Source: Pocillopora damicornis
Taxonomy: Eukaryota
Length of the DNA: 64,000 bases
Direction: 5' to 3'
Assembly: GCF_003704095.1 (NCBI RefSeq)
Contig: NW_020845694.1
Coordinates: 372,001 to 436,000 of the forward strand
The position numbers and the translations under genes are program-made. Below the pieces are notes generated by a model. That model saw only the letters and a program-made list of their open reading frames with translations, had not been told where the DNA came from and did no database searches. Of this stretch, positions 13,890 through 26,652 are shown piece after piece. Each line of letters opens with the position of its first letter. Positions within the stretch are counted from its first letter, which is position 1.

Positions 13890-16800
13890 CTAGTACACTT
13901 CCCAACTCTTTGGTTCCTTTGCTTTTTTCTTGGGTTTGAAAGTGAGGTCGTGCTGTTTGACTCGTTCTCGTGCCCGCTCTAGTTCAGCAATAGACAGAGG
14001 GTTTTCCAGTATGGTTCTTAGAAGCTTAGCAAAGAATGGTATGTACGACATAAAACCGATAAAGTCAATAAATCCTGCAAATACAAGGAAATCGAGTGTT
14101 ATTACTTTCATAAGCAAAAAAATTTGTTGAAACTTGTTTTGATTGTTTCCCTTAAAAAAAACGAGCGTAGGAAAGAAATTCTTTTGAAGCATTAACTTGA
14201 AGTAAGACACTTAACGTAAATATCTGCACATTANNNNNNNNNNNNNNNNNNNNNNNNNNNNNNNNNNNNNNNNNNNNNNNNNNNNNNNNNNNNNNNNNNN
14301 NNNNNNNNNNNNNNNNNNNNNNNNNNNNNNNNNNNNNNNNNNNNNNNNNNNNNNNNNNNNNNNNNNNNNNNNNNNNNNNNNNNNNNNNNNNNNNNNNNNN
14401 NNNNNNNNNNNNNNNNNNNNNNNNNNNNNNNNNNNNNNNNNNNNNNNNNNNNNNNNNNNNNNNNNNNNNNNNNNNNNNATTTTAACGTGACGCAACCAAA
14501 TCCTCTAAACCTCATACCTCCCCCGCGATAAATACTGACCGCCCCTAACAACCAGAAATGTCCATAGCTCAAACAAACAAACAAATAATAAAAAAGATAA
14601 CTGGATTCTTAAAGGGGATTATTAATAAGGCTTTTTTTGCAGTTCAAAATTGAAGGGGACAACAGTGCGAGAGGCTCCTTTTAAGAATTTTACATTTTAC
14701 AAGAGATAATCCAGTGTAGGAGATGAACTTTGTTCGTTTGTTTCACGATAGAGTCACTTTTGATGTAGATCGCGACGTTTCGACTGCAATACTGCTAGTC
14801 TTCATCAGGCGATGAGGTCAATTGTTTACGTCTCGCTATTTGTAGCACGTTGGTATGCTGTTATTAGTGCATTTCGATCCTCATTATTATTCCGGTTATT
14901 ACATGGTGTTCCCTCATCGGTCCTCATAAATCGGCTGTTGTGTTGTTTGATCGTGGATACCCATAAATCGGCTGTTGTGTTGTATAATCAAACAACACAA
15001 TCCCACGATGAACAGTAAGCATATATTTTATTACATAATCCAGTCTCTAACCCTAACCCTAGCCTTGCATGTATCAAGTTCTTTGCGCGGACTTACCAAA
15101 CTCGTCACGTGCTCCTTCAAGCACCTCTTTGGCTGTCTGAAGGTCCGCCCCTATTTCTGTTTCCATGGCGGCAGAGACCATGACCAGAAGTTCGCTAGCA
15201 TCCACCCTGTTATCGTCATCTTCATCGATGGTTTTGAACATTTCCTTCAGAAAAAAACAAATGATTACTTATAGAAACGAGTTAAAGTCGCTCGATTGAT
15301 AGAGCCATGATAACAACAATAAAAAAATTTAAGGCTTCAGACTTCAATCCCTGACATGTCAAATCGTAAAATTATAAAAAAGAAACTCTGTACTATTTCT
15401 TTCAAATGCACGCCAATCGAAGAAACACTAGTTTCGACCTTTTTCAACCGCTAAAAATGAGCATTTCTTGAATAAAGAGAAAACACAGAAACATTTTACA
15501 GGGATTCACTAGTCATAATCTGAAAATGTGCTGTTTTAGCCTTTTCACTTCTTTTAATTTTAAGGTACATGTATGGCCCTCGGAGAACCTCAGGGTGACT
15601 TTGTAAACCCCTGAAAAGACATCACTTTATTTACCTTGAATATGACAATATGTTGAGCCAAATTTTCCAGGTCCAAGGCCAAAGATGCGTTTTCTGATTC
15701 AGTCCTGCAAAAAAGAAAAAAAAGTTTTGTCTGATGAGGAAACGATAAATAGAACATTTTCTTCAATTGAGTGATAAATCAATACAAGCCGCTTTGTATA
15801 CTTTTACTTTACTTTGCTCTGTGATTGGTCTAGAAAACTCGAGCCACCATCGAGCTCTTAACCAATCGGATGACAAACTCAAACAATTCGCGACTTCTTC
15901 ACTCGCGTTTTCCCGCGCTACAAGCTCTGAGTTCCCATGGGCTATCGAGACGTTTACTTTTGTTTTAATTGGTCACTGTAAAAAACGTTACTTTTCAGTG
16001 GTTTTTCGACACCGGATTGAATATTGCTCCAAAGGTTTGAAGTTATGAAGTAAGCAATAAAACAGAGTAAAAAACAAACAATTTACCTGACTCCATTTAT
16101 GCGGTCGTTCAAGGCGCAGATGGCTGTAAATTCTCTTTTATCTACAGTCTCGTCTTTGTTTAAGTCAAACACCTAGCAGGTAAATCGAGTAAAACAAGTG
16201 GATTAAAATCGGAATTGGTGTAATCCATAATTTACGTTCTATAGACTCTCGTTCTTTATTTTCAATCCTTCCTTCAGAGTAAACTGCTTAAAAAATCTAC
16301 CTTGATGACCGGTAAGCAGAAAAAAACAAAAATGGGAAAGATGAAAAATTCGAAAGCTAATCGACCGCATAAAATCAAACTTTATAATTATACGTGCCCG
16401 GGCGCAGATAAATCCATTGTCGACTGATATTTTGTAGTACGTTTACAGTACTTGTACCTTTACAAAGTGTTTGATATCATGTTTTGTGACAGCTGGCTGC
16501 ATCCGCAGCTTAAGTTCTTGGAGCGTGACGCTTCCATTTTTGTCTTTGTCGACTTCGTCAAACAGTGTTCCAAACACATGCTTTTGTTTATCGTTGATTA
16601 TTCCATAACGGACATCCTAACAAATATAACGTGTAAATAATTTTATCAGTCAGTCATTTAATTTGATATTAATACACGTAAAATGCAAGTTTAAGCCTGA
16701 ATTTCTGTCTCTCCGTCTGTCTGTGTTTTTCTGTCTGTATGTTTGTCCCTCTCTCTGTCTGTCTGTCCATTTTCCTGTCCGTATGTCTTTCTATCTGTCT

Positions 16801-19800
16801 GTCTGTTTGTCTGCCTGTCTGTCAGTCTTCCTGACTGTCTGTCTGTCTGACTTTGCGTTTGTTTGTTTGTCTGCCTGTCTGTCTGTCTTTCTGGCTGTAT
16901 GTCTTTCTGTCTGTATGTCTGTCTCTCTGTCCGTCTGACTTTCTGTCTGTTTGTCTGCCTGTGGGTTTGTCTCTTTGTCTGTCTATTTGTCTATCTGTCT
17001 GTCTGTATGTCTTTCTGTCTGTTTGTCAGTCTTTCTGACTGTCTATCTGGCTTCCTGTTTGTTTATCTGCCTGTCTGTCTATCTGTCTGACTGTCAATCT
17101 TTCTGACTGTCTGTCTGACTGTCTGTCTGCCTGTCTGTTTGTTTGTCTGCCTGTCTGTCTATCTGTCTTTCTGTCTGTTTGTCTTTCTGATTGTCTCTCT
17201 GTCTGTCTTTTCATGAGTCCTTCCGCATGTCTGTGGAAATATCAATGCGGATGCGAAAGGTCATCTACGAGAATAGTAGCTTGCGTAGAAAGTTCAAATC
17301 ACTGTTTACAGGAGCTAAACAGAATTAAGTGGGAACACAAAACAAAACGAGATAATAGCTCAATTTCAAAATCTAAAAACCAAAACCTCGCAGAGATGTC
17401 TGTTGATTGACGCTGAATAATCGAAACTGTGAAACTCTTGAACGATGGTTGTTAAGATGAATTAAGATGACCCTGTTTTTTTTAGACATAGACCAGAACT
17501 ACAAAGTAAATATCACTTACGGGTGTAAGAAATACTTCGTCTTCAGCTGCCTTTGACTCTGTGATTTCGGTCAAAAATGTCCTGCAATGAAAACGGAACA
17601 GCAATCCAGTCTTCGAGAAAAGATGATCACTCAGACAAATCTTGGTATTGATTTGGAATTACCACAACTAACACAACGCGTCCACGTTTTTCAAGTAGAA
17701 AGAGAACTTCCTTAAAGGTATTGGTAACTTACGAAGAGAATTTTCCACTGGCCTTTTTCGTTCCCCCAGTCTTGGATGTCATAAAAATCCTGGTGAGAAA
17801 GAAAACAGTTTTTGGAATGTAACCCTTTAACTCTCGGACGTGACTAACATGTACCAAAGATTATTAACAATCAGATATATCAATAAAAACGAATAACAAA
17901 TAATTCTTTTCTCTCCTCTCTGAGAGTTCGATNNNNNNNNNNNNNNNNNNNNNNNNNNNNNNNNNNNNNNNNNNNNNNNNNNNNNNNNNNNNNNNNNNNN
18001 NNNNNNNNNNNNNNNNNNNNNNNNNNNNNNNNCTAACCTGTTTGGTGGAGGTTTTCCAGGCTGGTAACGAGTATCCTCTACTTCCTTCTTTATCCCAAGC
18101 CATTCATCTAAATATTTATTCCTCTTTTCCTCTTTCGCTTCAACACCATCGCCAGTTGCGTCTTCTTTCTTCTCCGCTCCATTACCATCTTCCTGTCCTT
18201 TCTTTTCAATTTTCTTTCTTTCGCGATCCTTAATCGCTTTTTGATTACTAGCCGTTCTTTCATCCTCCTTAAATCTTATTTTTCCCTTTTTGGCGGTCTT
18301 TGCAGAAGAACTTGCCTTGGTCTTTGCAGAAGGTGTCTTTTTACTCTCTATTCCGTCACTACTCTTTGTTAGTCTTTCTCCCACTGAATCCAGTTTCTCT
18401 TGCGCTTTTCTGCCTTCGATAGCGAGAGCTTTACGTGCTTCAAATTCTTCTCGTCTGCCTCCTTTGTTGGATATGCTGTCAAATTCATCCACGGAACTCT
18501 CATCTGATTCCTCTTCAGCCCATTTTCCGTCGTGATCTGGGTTCTCGATATCACTGGCAGACGATAAGGCCTTGACACACAAGATGAAGAAGAGAAATTG
18601 TTTATTGTCAAACTATGTTTACAATTTATCAGCATGCATTTCAGTGCAAGAGTGCACTTGTCAAGTAAAAAAAATTTACGTTGTATACCCTAAGAAAAAT
18701 CTGCGAAACAAGTTTTCCTCATGTAGATATCACCCTAAGGATACAAGCATATGATTATTTTTCATCTTTTTTTTTTCACGCAAGGTGGAAGAGCAATACT
18801 GCACTAAGGCAATTAAGCTTGTCTTCAGATCCGCCCTTGTTGGCCAATATAAAAATCCTATTAAGCGATAAATTTCTACCATGGCCGTATTTAAACAGTT
18901 AGTAAGAAACAAACTTAAAAAAGTTTTGGTTAATTCAGACCAATCCGCTTTGATTTTATTTCAAAAGGAACGTAGGTTTTTCAAAGCTTACCACAGAGGT
19001 GGGATCCCTGATTCCACTGCCTGGCACAGGAGTACTCAACTGGCCACTAGGACTGTCTCGAGGATTGTTGTTTGGAAAACTGTTTTTGAATAAATATAGG
19101 AAAAAATCTCAATATCCATTGGGTATTTTGTTCTATTCTGTCACGTTATCTCCATTTGTTAAAATATCTAGTATATGTGCTACAACAGAGGAGTGTTCTG
19201 GGTCAGAAAGTAGCTTTGGTGAAACTTCCCTTTCATGAGGCTAGTAAAATTCCTTGCTCTCAAGTTTCAGCTTGCTTTTGACAGCCTTATCAACACAAAG
19301 ATCACAATAAGTTTCAGTTTATACATACTAATACTTTACTAACTGCAATTTATTTGGTATTAAAGCATGTAGCATATTACTCTTATTACTCTATCACTAA
19401 CTTTGCATCTTTGGCAGCATTGTAGTCTGTAAGTTGTTTCTGCTGTGCAAGAAGCCTCAACCTTAACAGATCAGTGTTGTCTACATCATACCTGGAGCAA
19501 ATCAATAATGGTACTTCACTCAAATTAAACATTTTGTCTCCCTGTCATGAGAGTGATTAGCATCTAATTTCTCCCTAGAATATCACCGCTGAATCACACA
19601 TAAAGGTCACAAGAATGGAGAAAGTTATCACTTACTTAGGAAACTCTTGATTCTTAAACAAATTCTCCTTGTGAGAACCTTAGGAAATGTATTGAGAACA
19701 GTATGGAGAATATTTATCCTAATATTAGGGTGTAAAGAGCTAAGGGATCTGTTTAAAAGCAGCAGCTATATTTTTAGATTTCAGTAACTACTGATAGTTA

Positions 19801-22800
19801 AAGCTAAATTTTTAAGAAACTGATTCAAAGCAATTCTTTCAGTTGACAATATGACTATTTATTTACAAATTTGTCACCTTTGAAAATAAATCACATATTC
19901 CAAACATTTGGAGCTAAATAACTTCAGGAAACTTTAAAATTATCTACCAGCTTTGGTTTCCAAATGAAACTGTACAATGTGATCGCAGTGACATATAACA
20001 GGCAAAAGTATCAGACAGGCAATTTTCACCAATAATGGGTAGGGAAGTCTCCTTCACAGCTGTTGTTTGGTCTCATCATGCAACCTGCTTTTTCCACCAA
20101 TGTGGGGCATGACAAGAACAAACAACAGGTGCAAAGAAAACTATGGATTGAGGAGATCTCCTCACCTTCCTTGCAATGGGATTTTGGTTCCAGCCATGTA
20201 ATACTGTTTATCAACTCTATGGTGCCGAATCTACAGAAAGAGTTCATTACAAATGCTCAAAATTTACTTGAAAATAATACACTATTGATGTTCTATTTTA
20301 GTTGACTATGTTTTCCAGGTTTTTTTCTTGTGAAAAGTAATGTCAAATAATAAGAGTATGTACTCCGCAGCTATCTATAAATGACAAAGTAAATACTGAA
20401 ATTTGATTATTTAGGCTGAATTCTGCTTTGTAGCCTGAGAATTCCCTCATGTCCGATGAATACAGAGCCCCTGTCTTTTAATATAATCAAGAAGAAAATA
20501 CCTGAAAACACCACTTTGAAAGCATATTTGTTATCACCCGGGAGTTTTCAAAATTTTCTTTGCAGTACCAAATTTCTCACAAATAGAAAAAAAAACTTGA
20601 GACATCAAAACACAGTAAATGGTGATATCATTTTGCCTCTCTCCAAATCAAAAAACTGCTTTTTGAATGTTACCTCTGATGTTCGTTTCAATCTGCGGCA
20701 GTGCTCTCTGGCTTGTTCCTCTGCCTTTAATCTGTCTCTTTGTCTGCTGTATAATATTCTTGGACTGTTAATCAAATGGAAATCTTCTTAAAACTCGCTT
20801 GTCTCACATGAATTACCCGTTAACTAAAGACAATGCGACTATACCAACACCAACTTTTTTCATTCAATGAAGAAAAGATAATGAAAACAATCAAGAAGTT
20901 GTGATCAATTAGTTAAAAGTAAAGAAATTAAAAAGCATCAAATAATGTCAGCTTGACATACTTTTCATTGGCCCAATATCTTGATGGGACAGAACCCTGA
21001 GTGAGAATCAAGAAAAATTAAATTAAATTTTCATGAAATAATACATTTTTTCATCTTTTAAAAAAATTATTGACATTAGTTGATTTTTGTCACTTAATTT
21101 ATTTTACAGCTGAGATCTGATTTGCTCTTCTTCCTAGATTCTACTGCACTTTTCCTCCTATGAATTTGGTTTATGTATAATTATATTAACTAAAGATAAT
21201 TCAATTGAGGTGACAACTCTTTGACAGACAATCATGACTGCAATATCTGACATACCATATGATTGCTGTAGGAGATAGGAACTGATTTTGTGGTTCCACT
21301 GGGAGAGGGTGAGTATTTGCGACTCAGTGGCATACCAGGAAGAGAGGTAGTCTTAAACTTCACAGTTGGCCTGGGAGTGAAAAGGATTCCAGAAAATAAT
21401 GTTAAACTTTAAGACAAATCTTGAGTGTTTGAACCACTCATTTTTCCCAAGTGATACTGCACCACTAAAGACATTTTGGTAGGGAGTTGTAATAACAGAA
21501 AACAAAGGTTGATTCAAACAAAGGATACCTCAAAAGAAAACTGTCTCTAATAGAACAAATCAATGTTTCTTGAGAAGTTTATCAGTAAGCCTCAACTTGA
21601 TCTGCATGTAAGTTCTCAACCCAGTTTCAAGACTCATGTAAAACATTAAATATCAGCTATAATAATTGATAATATTAAAAACCACAAATGAGTTTTGAAA
21701 TAGTGAAAAATGATAATATGTAAAGATAAAAGTTAATATAACTGGGGAAGCAAATTTATTACTTTGTTAACTTACTGAAACTGATATCCTGCATGTTCAC
21801 TCCTTGTTGAAGACTTTTCAGTTTCAGTGGAATTATTATCATGCGAAGGCTGCAGAATAAAATTAAAGGTATCACTGAAAGCCTACTTGAATTGTATAAC
21901 TCATGCACCACCCTAGCCCCTGAAAATTCACTTGGAAAAAATACATAGGGGCATCAAATTTTTGAGCAGCAACACACAGAAACAACAGAAACTACATGAT
22001 ATCATTGTAAGGTATTTCTGAACTCACAGTAAAACGACACACGTGTAATATCCATAGAACTTTTTTAACAGGCCAGCTCTTATAAAGGGTTAAGGAGCTA
22101 ACACTTCTACTTTAAAGACAGAGGAGCAGAGAGCAGATGCAAGTGAGCAGATGAAATCTTGCCCAGTGCGAATCAAGCACCTTACTAGCTATGCAAATTA
22201 GGAGGTATTGAACACAGAGTGTCAAATTAGCAACTTTCAGAGCACATTTAGTCACTAATATTTTTTCTACTCCCCATGGTGAGCAAAACATTTGCTGCTT
22301 GAGCACTGAATCATCCCATTTTCTTAATTAAGAAGGGGGCACGCCCACACACCCTACATTAGTTTATAGCTCTCTTAGTTACAATCCCACAATCTTTACT
22401 CTACTGCATAGTGTACCTGAAGTGCAAGATCAGAGGCTTCTAGGAGTCCAGGAGCCGATGCCACACTGTGCACAGGACTTGCCATCTTAAGCCTGCTGAC
22501 TGGTGTCTGGCTTTTGTAGTTTGTATGTCGATAATGGGTCTGTTTTTGCCACTCTTCATTGTGTACCTTAATTGAGGGTGAGATGATCCGTCTGTAGAGC
22601 TGTGCTACACCATGGTTATCTGAATATATAGAGAAAAATAATTCAGAATGTAAAATAGACCATTTTAGAAACATAACTGATTAGCAAGCAGTAAGCATAT
22701 TCAAAACTCTTGCCAAGGGTTTAGAGGGGAAAACTTCACAGTATCATTGGGCCAAATGGTCCCAGATTATTTTCGGATTCCCCCTCTTAGAAGGGCTGTT

Positions 22801-24018
22801 GTGTTGTGTTTTCATTCTCTAGGTCTCCAGCCTGAAAGTCTTTTGAAATATGTATCAATATTGGATTGACCAGCAACAAGCAATTTTGGATCTGCAGATT
22901 TCAACTAAAAATGAATTTGAACCCTGCTTAAGAAAACCATTACATTTTCTTGCAAGTTCATATATTCAGCTGGTACAATAGTATTTCAACTCTGTTAGTT
23001 TTTTTTCGTGTGTTGTAAGACTTCAGAAAACATAATTTTATTTCATTTTATTCTCACTTGGAAGAATCTAAGGCAGATCCTAATACCCTTGAAGAAGGGA
23101 AGACTCCTGATGAGATCACAGGGGGAGGGGTGGGGGATGGGGTTGTAGGGGTTTCTCTAAGAAGCAGCAGGTTGCAGAAACCAAGATTGGCTCTATAGGT
23201 GTGGGATAGTTAGCACCAGTAGCACACTATTTAATCCTATAACACTCAACAACTGAGATGTAATTCTCCAATTTATCTGTAACATAAAGTAATTTCCTTA
23301 TTCATTTGACAGGAGAATTTGCTAGTCAGTTAGTTGTTATGAAGCAGATGAGAAGTCCTGCACTCTTATCACTTATGATGATGATATATTGAAATTATGA
23401 GGAGAAATAACATACATCAATAGTAGCTTAAGTCATTGTGTAAGGTTCTTATCCATGCAAACTTTTTAAGATTTTGACATCATTGCAATAACCATAGACT
23501 GTAAATTTCTGAGCTTTCAATCCTGCTAGAGTCTTTGCTTGGTCTCTAGCAGAGTTGAAAGCTGAGAAATTCACTGTCTACACTGTAGCCTCAAAAATTA
23601 TAAAGTTCAGTAAAGGAATTACATGTCCATCTCATTTGGGGATTTAGGGCCTTTCCTCATTGGGGAATTAAACTAGAATTGTCCCAACAAAATCAAAGGA
23701 CAAATTTTTGTTTCGTCTGTTGCATGCCCATTAAAAATTTCAAAGGTGTCAAATTCCGTCAGCACCTGATCTGTTCATAAGAATGGCCAACATAGTTGCC
23801 AAAGGATTCCACCTCCAACTTCCAGGATTTATCCTAAGTCATTTTAAAATTCTAGAATCCTTGAGTTTTGCAGCAAAAGACAATTTTTACCTTCCAAGTA
23901 AACTGATTTCAGTTCAATTACACACTTGTTATAGCTTATACAACAAGTGATTGACAAGTTTATCATGGTTTTGGTTACCGGTATTTATTCTATGGGACAA
24001 ATTTTGTCCACGGTGCAT
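13890..24018 (-). CDS. Uncharacterised ~699-aa protein: long low-complexity/charged N-terminal region plus C-terminal four-EF-hand domain
   Basis: 17 GT-AG exons in phase, total 2100 nt: 24018-23979, 22619-22417, 21849-21776, 21370-21256, 20996-20962, 20764-20674, 20230-20166, 19491-19402, 19079-18992, 18570-18038, 17789-17733, 17581-17521, 16616-16458, 16172-16087, 15704-15635, 15244-15097, 14074-13890. EF loops DKDKNGSVTLQE, DLNKDETVDKRE, DEDDDNRVDASE and degenerate RDEFGFIDFIGF. The first exon is the least certain. Confidence 0.8.
14769..14813 (-). ncRNA. Minimal type I hammerhead ribozyme (Penelope-associated type)
   Basis: The - strand reads ATCGC-CTGATGA-AGACTAGCAGTATTGCAGTC-GAAA-C-GTC-GCGAT: perfect 5-bp stem I, intact core, stem II, palindromic ACGT stem III, GUC cleavage triplet. 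Confidence 0.8.
15760..16030. repeat. Dispersed GATTGG/CCAATC-rich interspersed repeat family
   Basis: ctctgtgattggtctagaaaactcg...aaccaatc...cgcgttttcccgcgct. Related copies at about 10130-10200, 11610-11830, 33530-33770, 36820-37010 and 46560-47040. Confidence 0.6.
16705..17210. repeat. Degenerate (TCTG)n/(CAGA)n tetranucleotide microsatellite, about 500 bp, intronic
   Basis: Directly visible tctg/tttg/tatg/cctg tract; it explains the spurious LSVC/TDRQ ORFs. Confidence 0.95.
19540..19743. mobile_element. ~200-bp TTAA/CCCTT MITE copy (family B), degraded
   Basis: Shares gagtgattagcatctaatttctccct...aaattctcctt...gagaacagtatggagaat...gggtgtaaag with copies at 32444, 43955 and 49405. Confidence 0.7.
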
Positions 24019-24168
24019 TTGAAGATTTGTCTGCTTTGACCAAAATTCGTTAAGTCACGACAAACCATTTGTGCTTGTATAATTTTGGTGATGACTGAAA
24101 CTCTTCCTAAATAAACAACTTTGTCGCTTGTGCGGAAAGGCCCATAAGGTCAAACTTAATTAAGGTAC

Positions 24169-24182
24169 ATCTCCATGACAAC
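24169..24182 (-). promoter_or_regulatory. RFX X-box-like motif upstream of the EF-hand gene
   Basis: GTTGTCATGGAGAT, 150 bp 5' of the putative ATG. A second half-site GTTGCCTAG lies at 24956-24964. Confidence 0.35.
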
Positions 24183-25012
24183 TGCACTCTAGTCAGTACT
24201 AGAATAGTTCGATTGCTCTTGGACTCATTGCAATACGTTCGAATGAGAAAGTAAATTATATTTATCACCTGCAGCATAATAAAGAACCCATTGAACTAAG
24301 TTTGGGCTTCACAACAAATGGTTCCAAAAGATATGTCTTTCGAATTCGAACGTGTAAGGGTCGTGTTTAGAAGTTTAATTAATGACTCCTACATAGACGA
24401 TATAAATATTGACTTCAAACTCAACAGAGTGTGATGTTTTGACGATTAAATCAAAGCATGGTAAAAATGTTGTGACTTCAAAGGAATCTCATGCCGATAA
24501 CAATATCTTTTGTGTCAAAACAACAATTTCACAATCTCAATTGGTAAAGAATAAAGTCCAACTAAAGCAAAGCGAAGTTGCCCTGATTCAATCTCATCTT
24601 AGCTTTGTACCTCAAAGGAACATAGCTAAATCAAGATCAACTCACCCATAACTTGTTTGGCTTCTTTCCATTCCCACAGAGACAATTTCAACTTCTTTCG
24701 TCCAACATTCCGCAGCTACTCTACAAAGTAAAGTCCATTGAGCGCAGATTCCTTAGCGCGTGCGGAAGTCAGATCTTAGCGACTTCGAATAAACAAGGAA
24801 TTTGAAAATTGCCAATAAACAGGTGAAAACGATCGAAAGATTAAAACCTTATACAATATAAATAATTAAAATCAAGTTAAACAAAACTAATAATTGATTG
24901 TCTTGGAGATGGCTCATCAAAGTTCGTTTATATGATAAAATATTCCAACGCGCGTCTAGGCAACCAAAATTTCTTTCGCATAATTGCCAGGTTACCTAGT
25001 ACAGATTGCAAG

Positions 25013-26652
25013 ATGGCGAACACTAAGAGAAAGGTAGAGTTGAATTTCTCTTTGAGTACTACCATCACGTCTGATCCTCGTCTTTAATCCGAAAAAAATG
25101 TAAACGAATTTAATTTTCCTTCCCTGTAGATCGGTGGAGAGGACACGAACATTACGTTTGAAGATCAACAGCAGATTAACACATTTGCACGGAAAAGTGC
25201 CAGAATCCAAGAACTAAAAGATGAAATTGAACAAAAAAAGGTTTGAAATAAGGCAGGAATTCTCGAATACTAAGCTTGTATAATCTACAGCTTTCTTTCT
25301 GACAATTACTTATCAATACGTATCTCAGGAGTCATGATCCCAAACCAATATATAATCATGTAATAGGTACTTGTGTGTAAGCGTTGAAAGCCTATCTAGG
25401 GGAGTTGGATGTAAGCTTATTTCCAATTCAGTTATCAAAACTCAGCATCCAGTTGTTAATCGGTGAAATTTCCGTATAACTTTATAATTCGTTTTGCATA
25501 CAGTTAAGAAAACAGTTCATAACTCTGGCTAAAACAAAAGATTTCATTTTGGACAAAATTTTGGTTTAGAATATTATTGGGGGTAAAATCTGTTTTCCCA
25601 ATGGCAATGTATGGTTTTTTCATTGTTTTCTCTATCCAAGAACTGAATGCATAATGTAGTATGGGGCTGTGCAGAAATTTTACCGTGTTGGGCCCTGCAG
25701 AAATCTTTTTCCAATCCATTTTTCTCAGGGAGAAGTAAGCTAACCTTGTGTTCTGATAGGGGGCTTCTTAAGGTTGCAAGGTTGTGTACATTTCCTTACC
25801 AACTTGCCTGCAACTTGTCCTTCTCAAGGAAGAAAATCGTGGTAGTTGTTGCTGTCATGGAATTAAATGGCAACCCTGTGTTGCTGACCTTTTGTAGTGG
25901 GTTGGAACGTTTTGATGTCACACTTGCTCCATAATCCACATAATACATTGAGAATTTTTTCTTTCCTTCAGAAAGAGCTTCAGAATCTTGAAGATGCAGG
26001 TGATGAACTGATGATGTTAGATGATGATACAACACCAATTCCATATCCTTTCTCTAATTTCTATCATATTTATTTTTTTTTTGCAATTTAAGTGACTGTT
26101 TTTTTCTGGAGGAAGAGTTGTATATGTTTATTTGAGCCAGTTTTTTTGTGCTGGTACCCACAGTTCCACAGTCAGTCTTACTGGAGGCTAAAGAGAAAGA
26201 TTAACAAGAAGCTTTCGTACCTAAAAAAAAAAAAAGGATAAGTTTGACTGTCACTTTGCTGTTAAGTAATTTTTATTCTTGCAATTGAGACTCCATTTCT
26301 GTTACTTTCTTTTCTTAAATCACCAAACCTTTGTTTTCCCACCTTTGTTGGAAACAAGCGAAATCTTTCTTCAAGACTGAGTTTTCTCATTTGCCTGTAT
26401 TAGAGAGAAAGCAGCATTTCAAAGTTTTAAGGTTCCTTAACAATTGTTACTTATAGAATAGGGGAAATATTTATCCATTTGTCATCAGAGGAAACTCAAG
26501 AATATCTGGAGAATGCAAAATCTAAGATACAGGATGAAATAAAATCCTTGGAATCCAACACTGCAGAAGTTAAACAGCTCCTGGCTGATCTTAAAGTGAA
26601 ACTTTATGCCAAATTTGGCAATAATATCAATTTGGAGGCAGAGGAGGAGTGA
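25013..26652 (+). CDS. PFDN4: Prefoldin subunit 4, 134 aa
   Basis: Exons 25013-25033, 25130-25240, 25972-26042, 26451-26652 give MANTKRKIGGEDTNITFEDQQQINTFARK...KELQNLEDAGDELMMLDDDTTPIPYRIGEIFIHL...LKVKLYAKFGNNINLEAEEE*. AATAAA at about 26819. Confidence 0.96.
26043..26450 (+). other. U12-type (minor spliceosome) AT-AC intron in PFDN4
   Basis: 5' site ATATCCTTT, branch point TTCCTTAAC at 26433-26441, terminal AC at 26449-26450. Removing it restores the conserved IPYxIG motif. Confidence 0.93.

Noticed and set aside
15047-15062. Telomeric TAACCC repeats near the hammerhead element (also TTAGGG x2 at about 4157)
   Set aside because: Only two units each; compatible with chance.
16663-17214. 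Cys/Leu/Ser/Val or TDRQ repeat proteins
   Set aside because: Translations of the TCTG microsatellite.
24268-24292. Alternative first exon MGSLLCC (myristoylation/palmitoylation-like) for the EF-hand gene
   Set aside because: Its phase-2 donor leads to a stop when spliced to the next exons; the 24018 ATG gives a clean frame.
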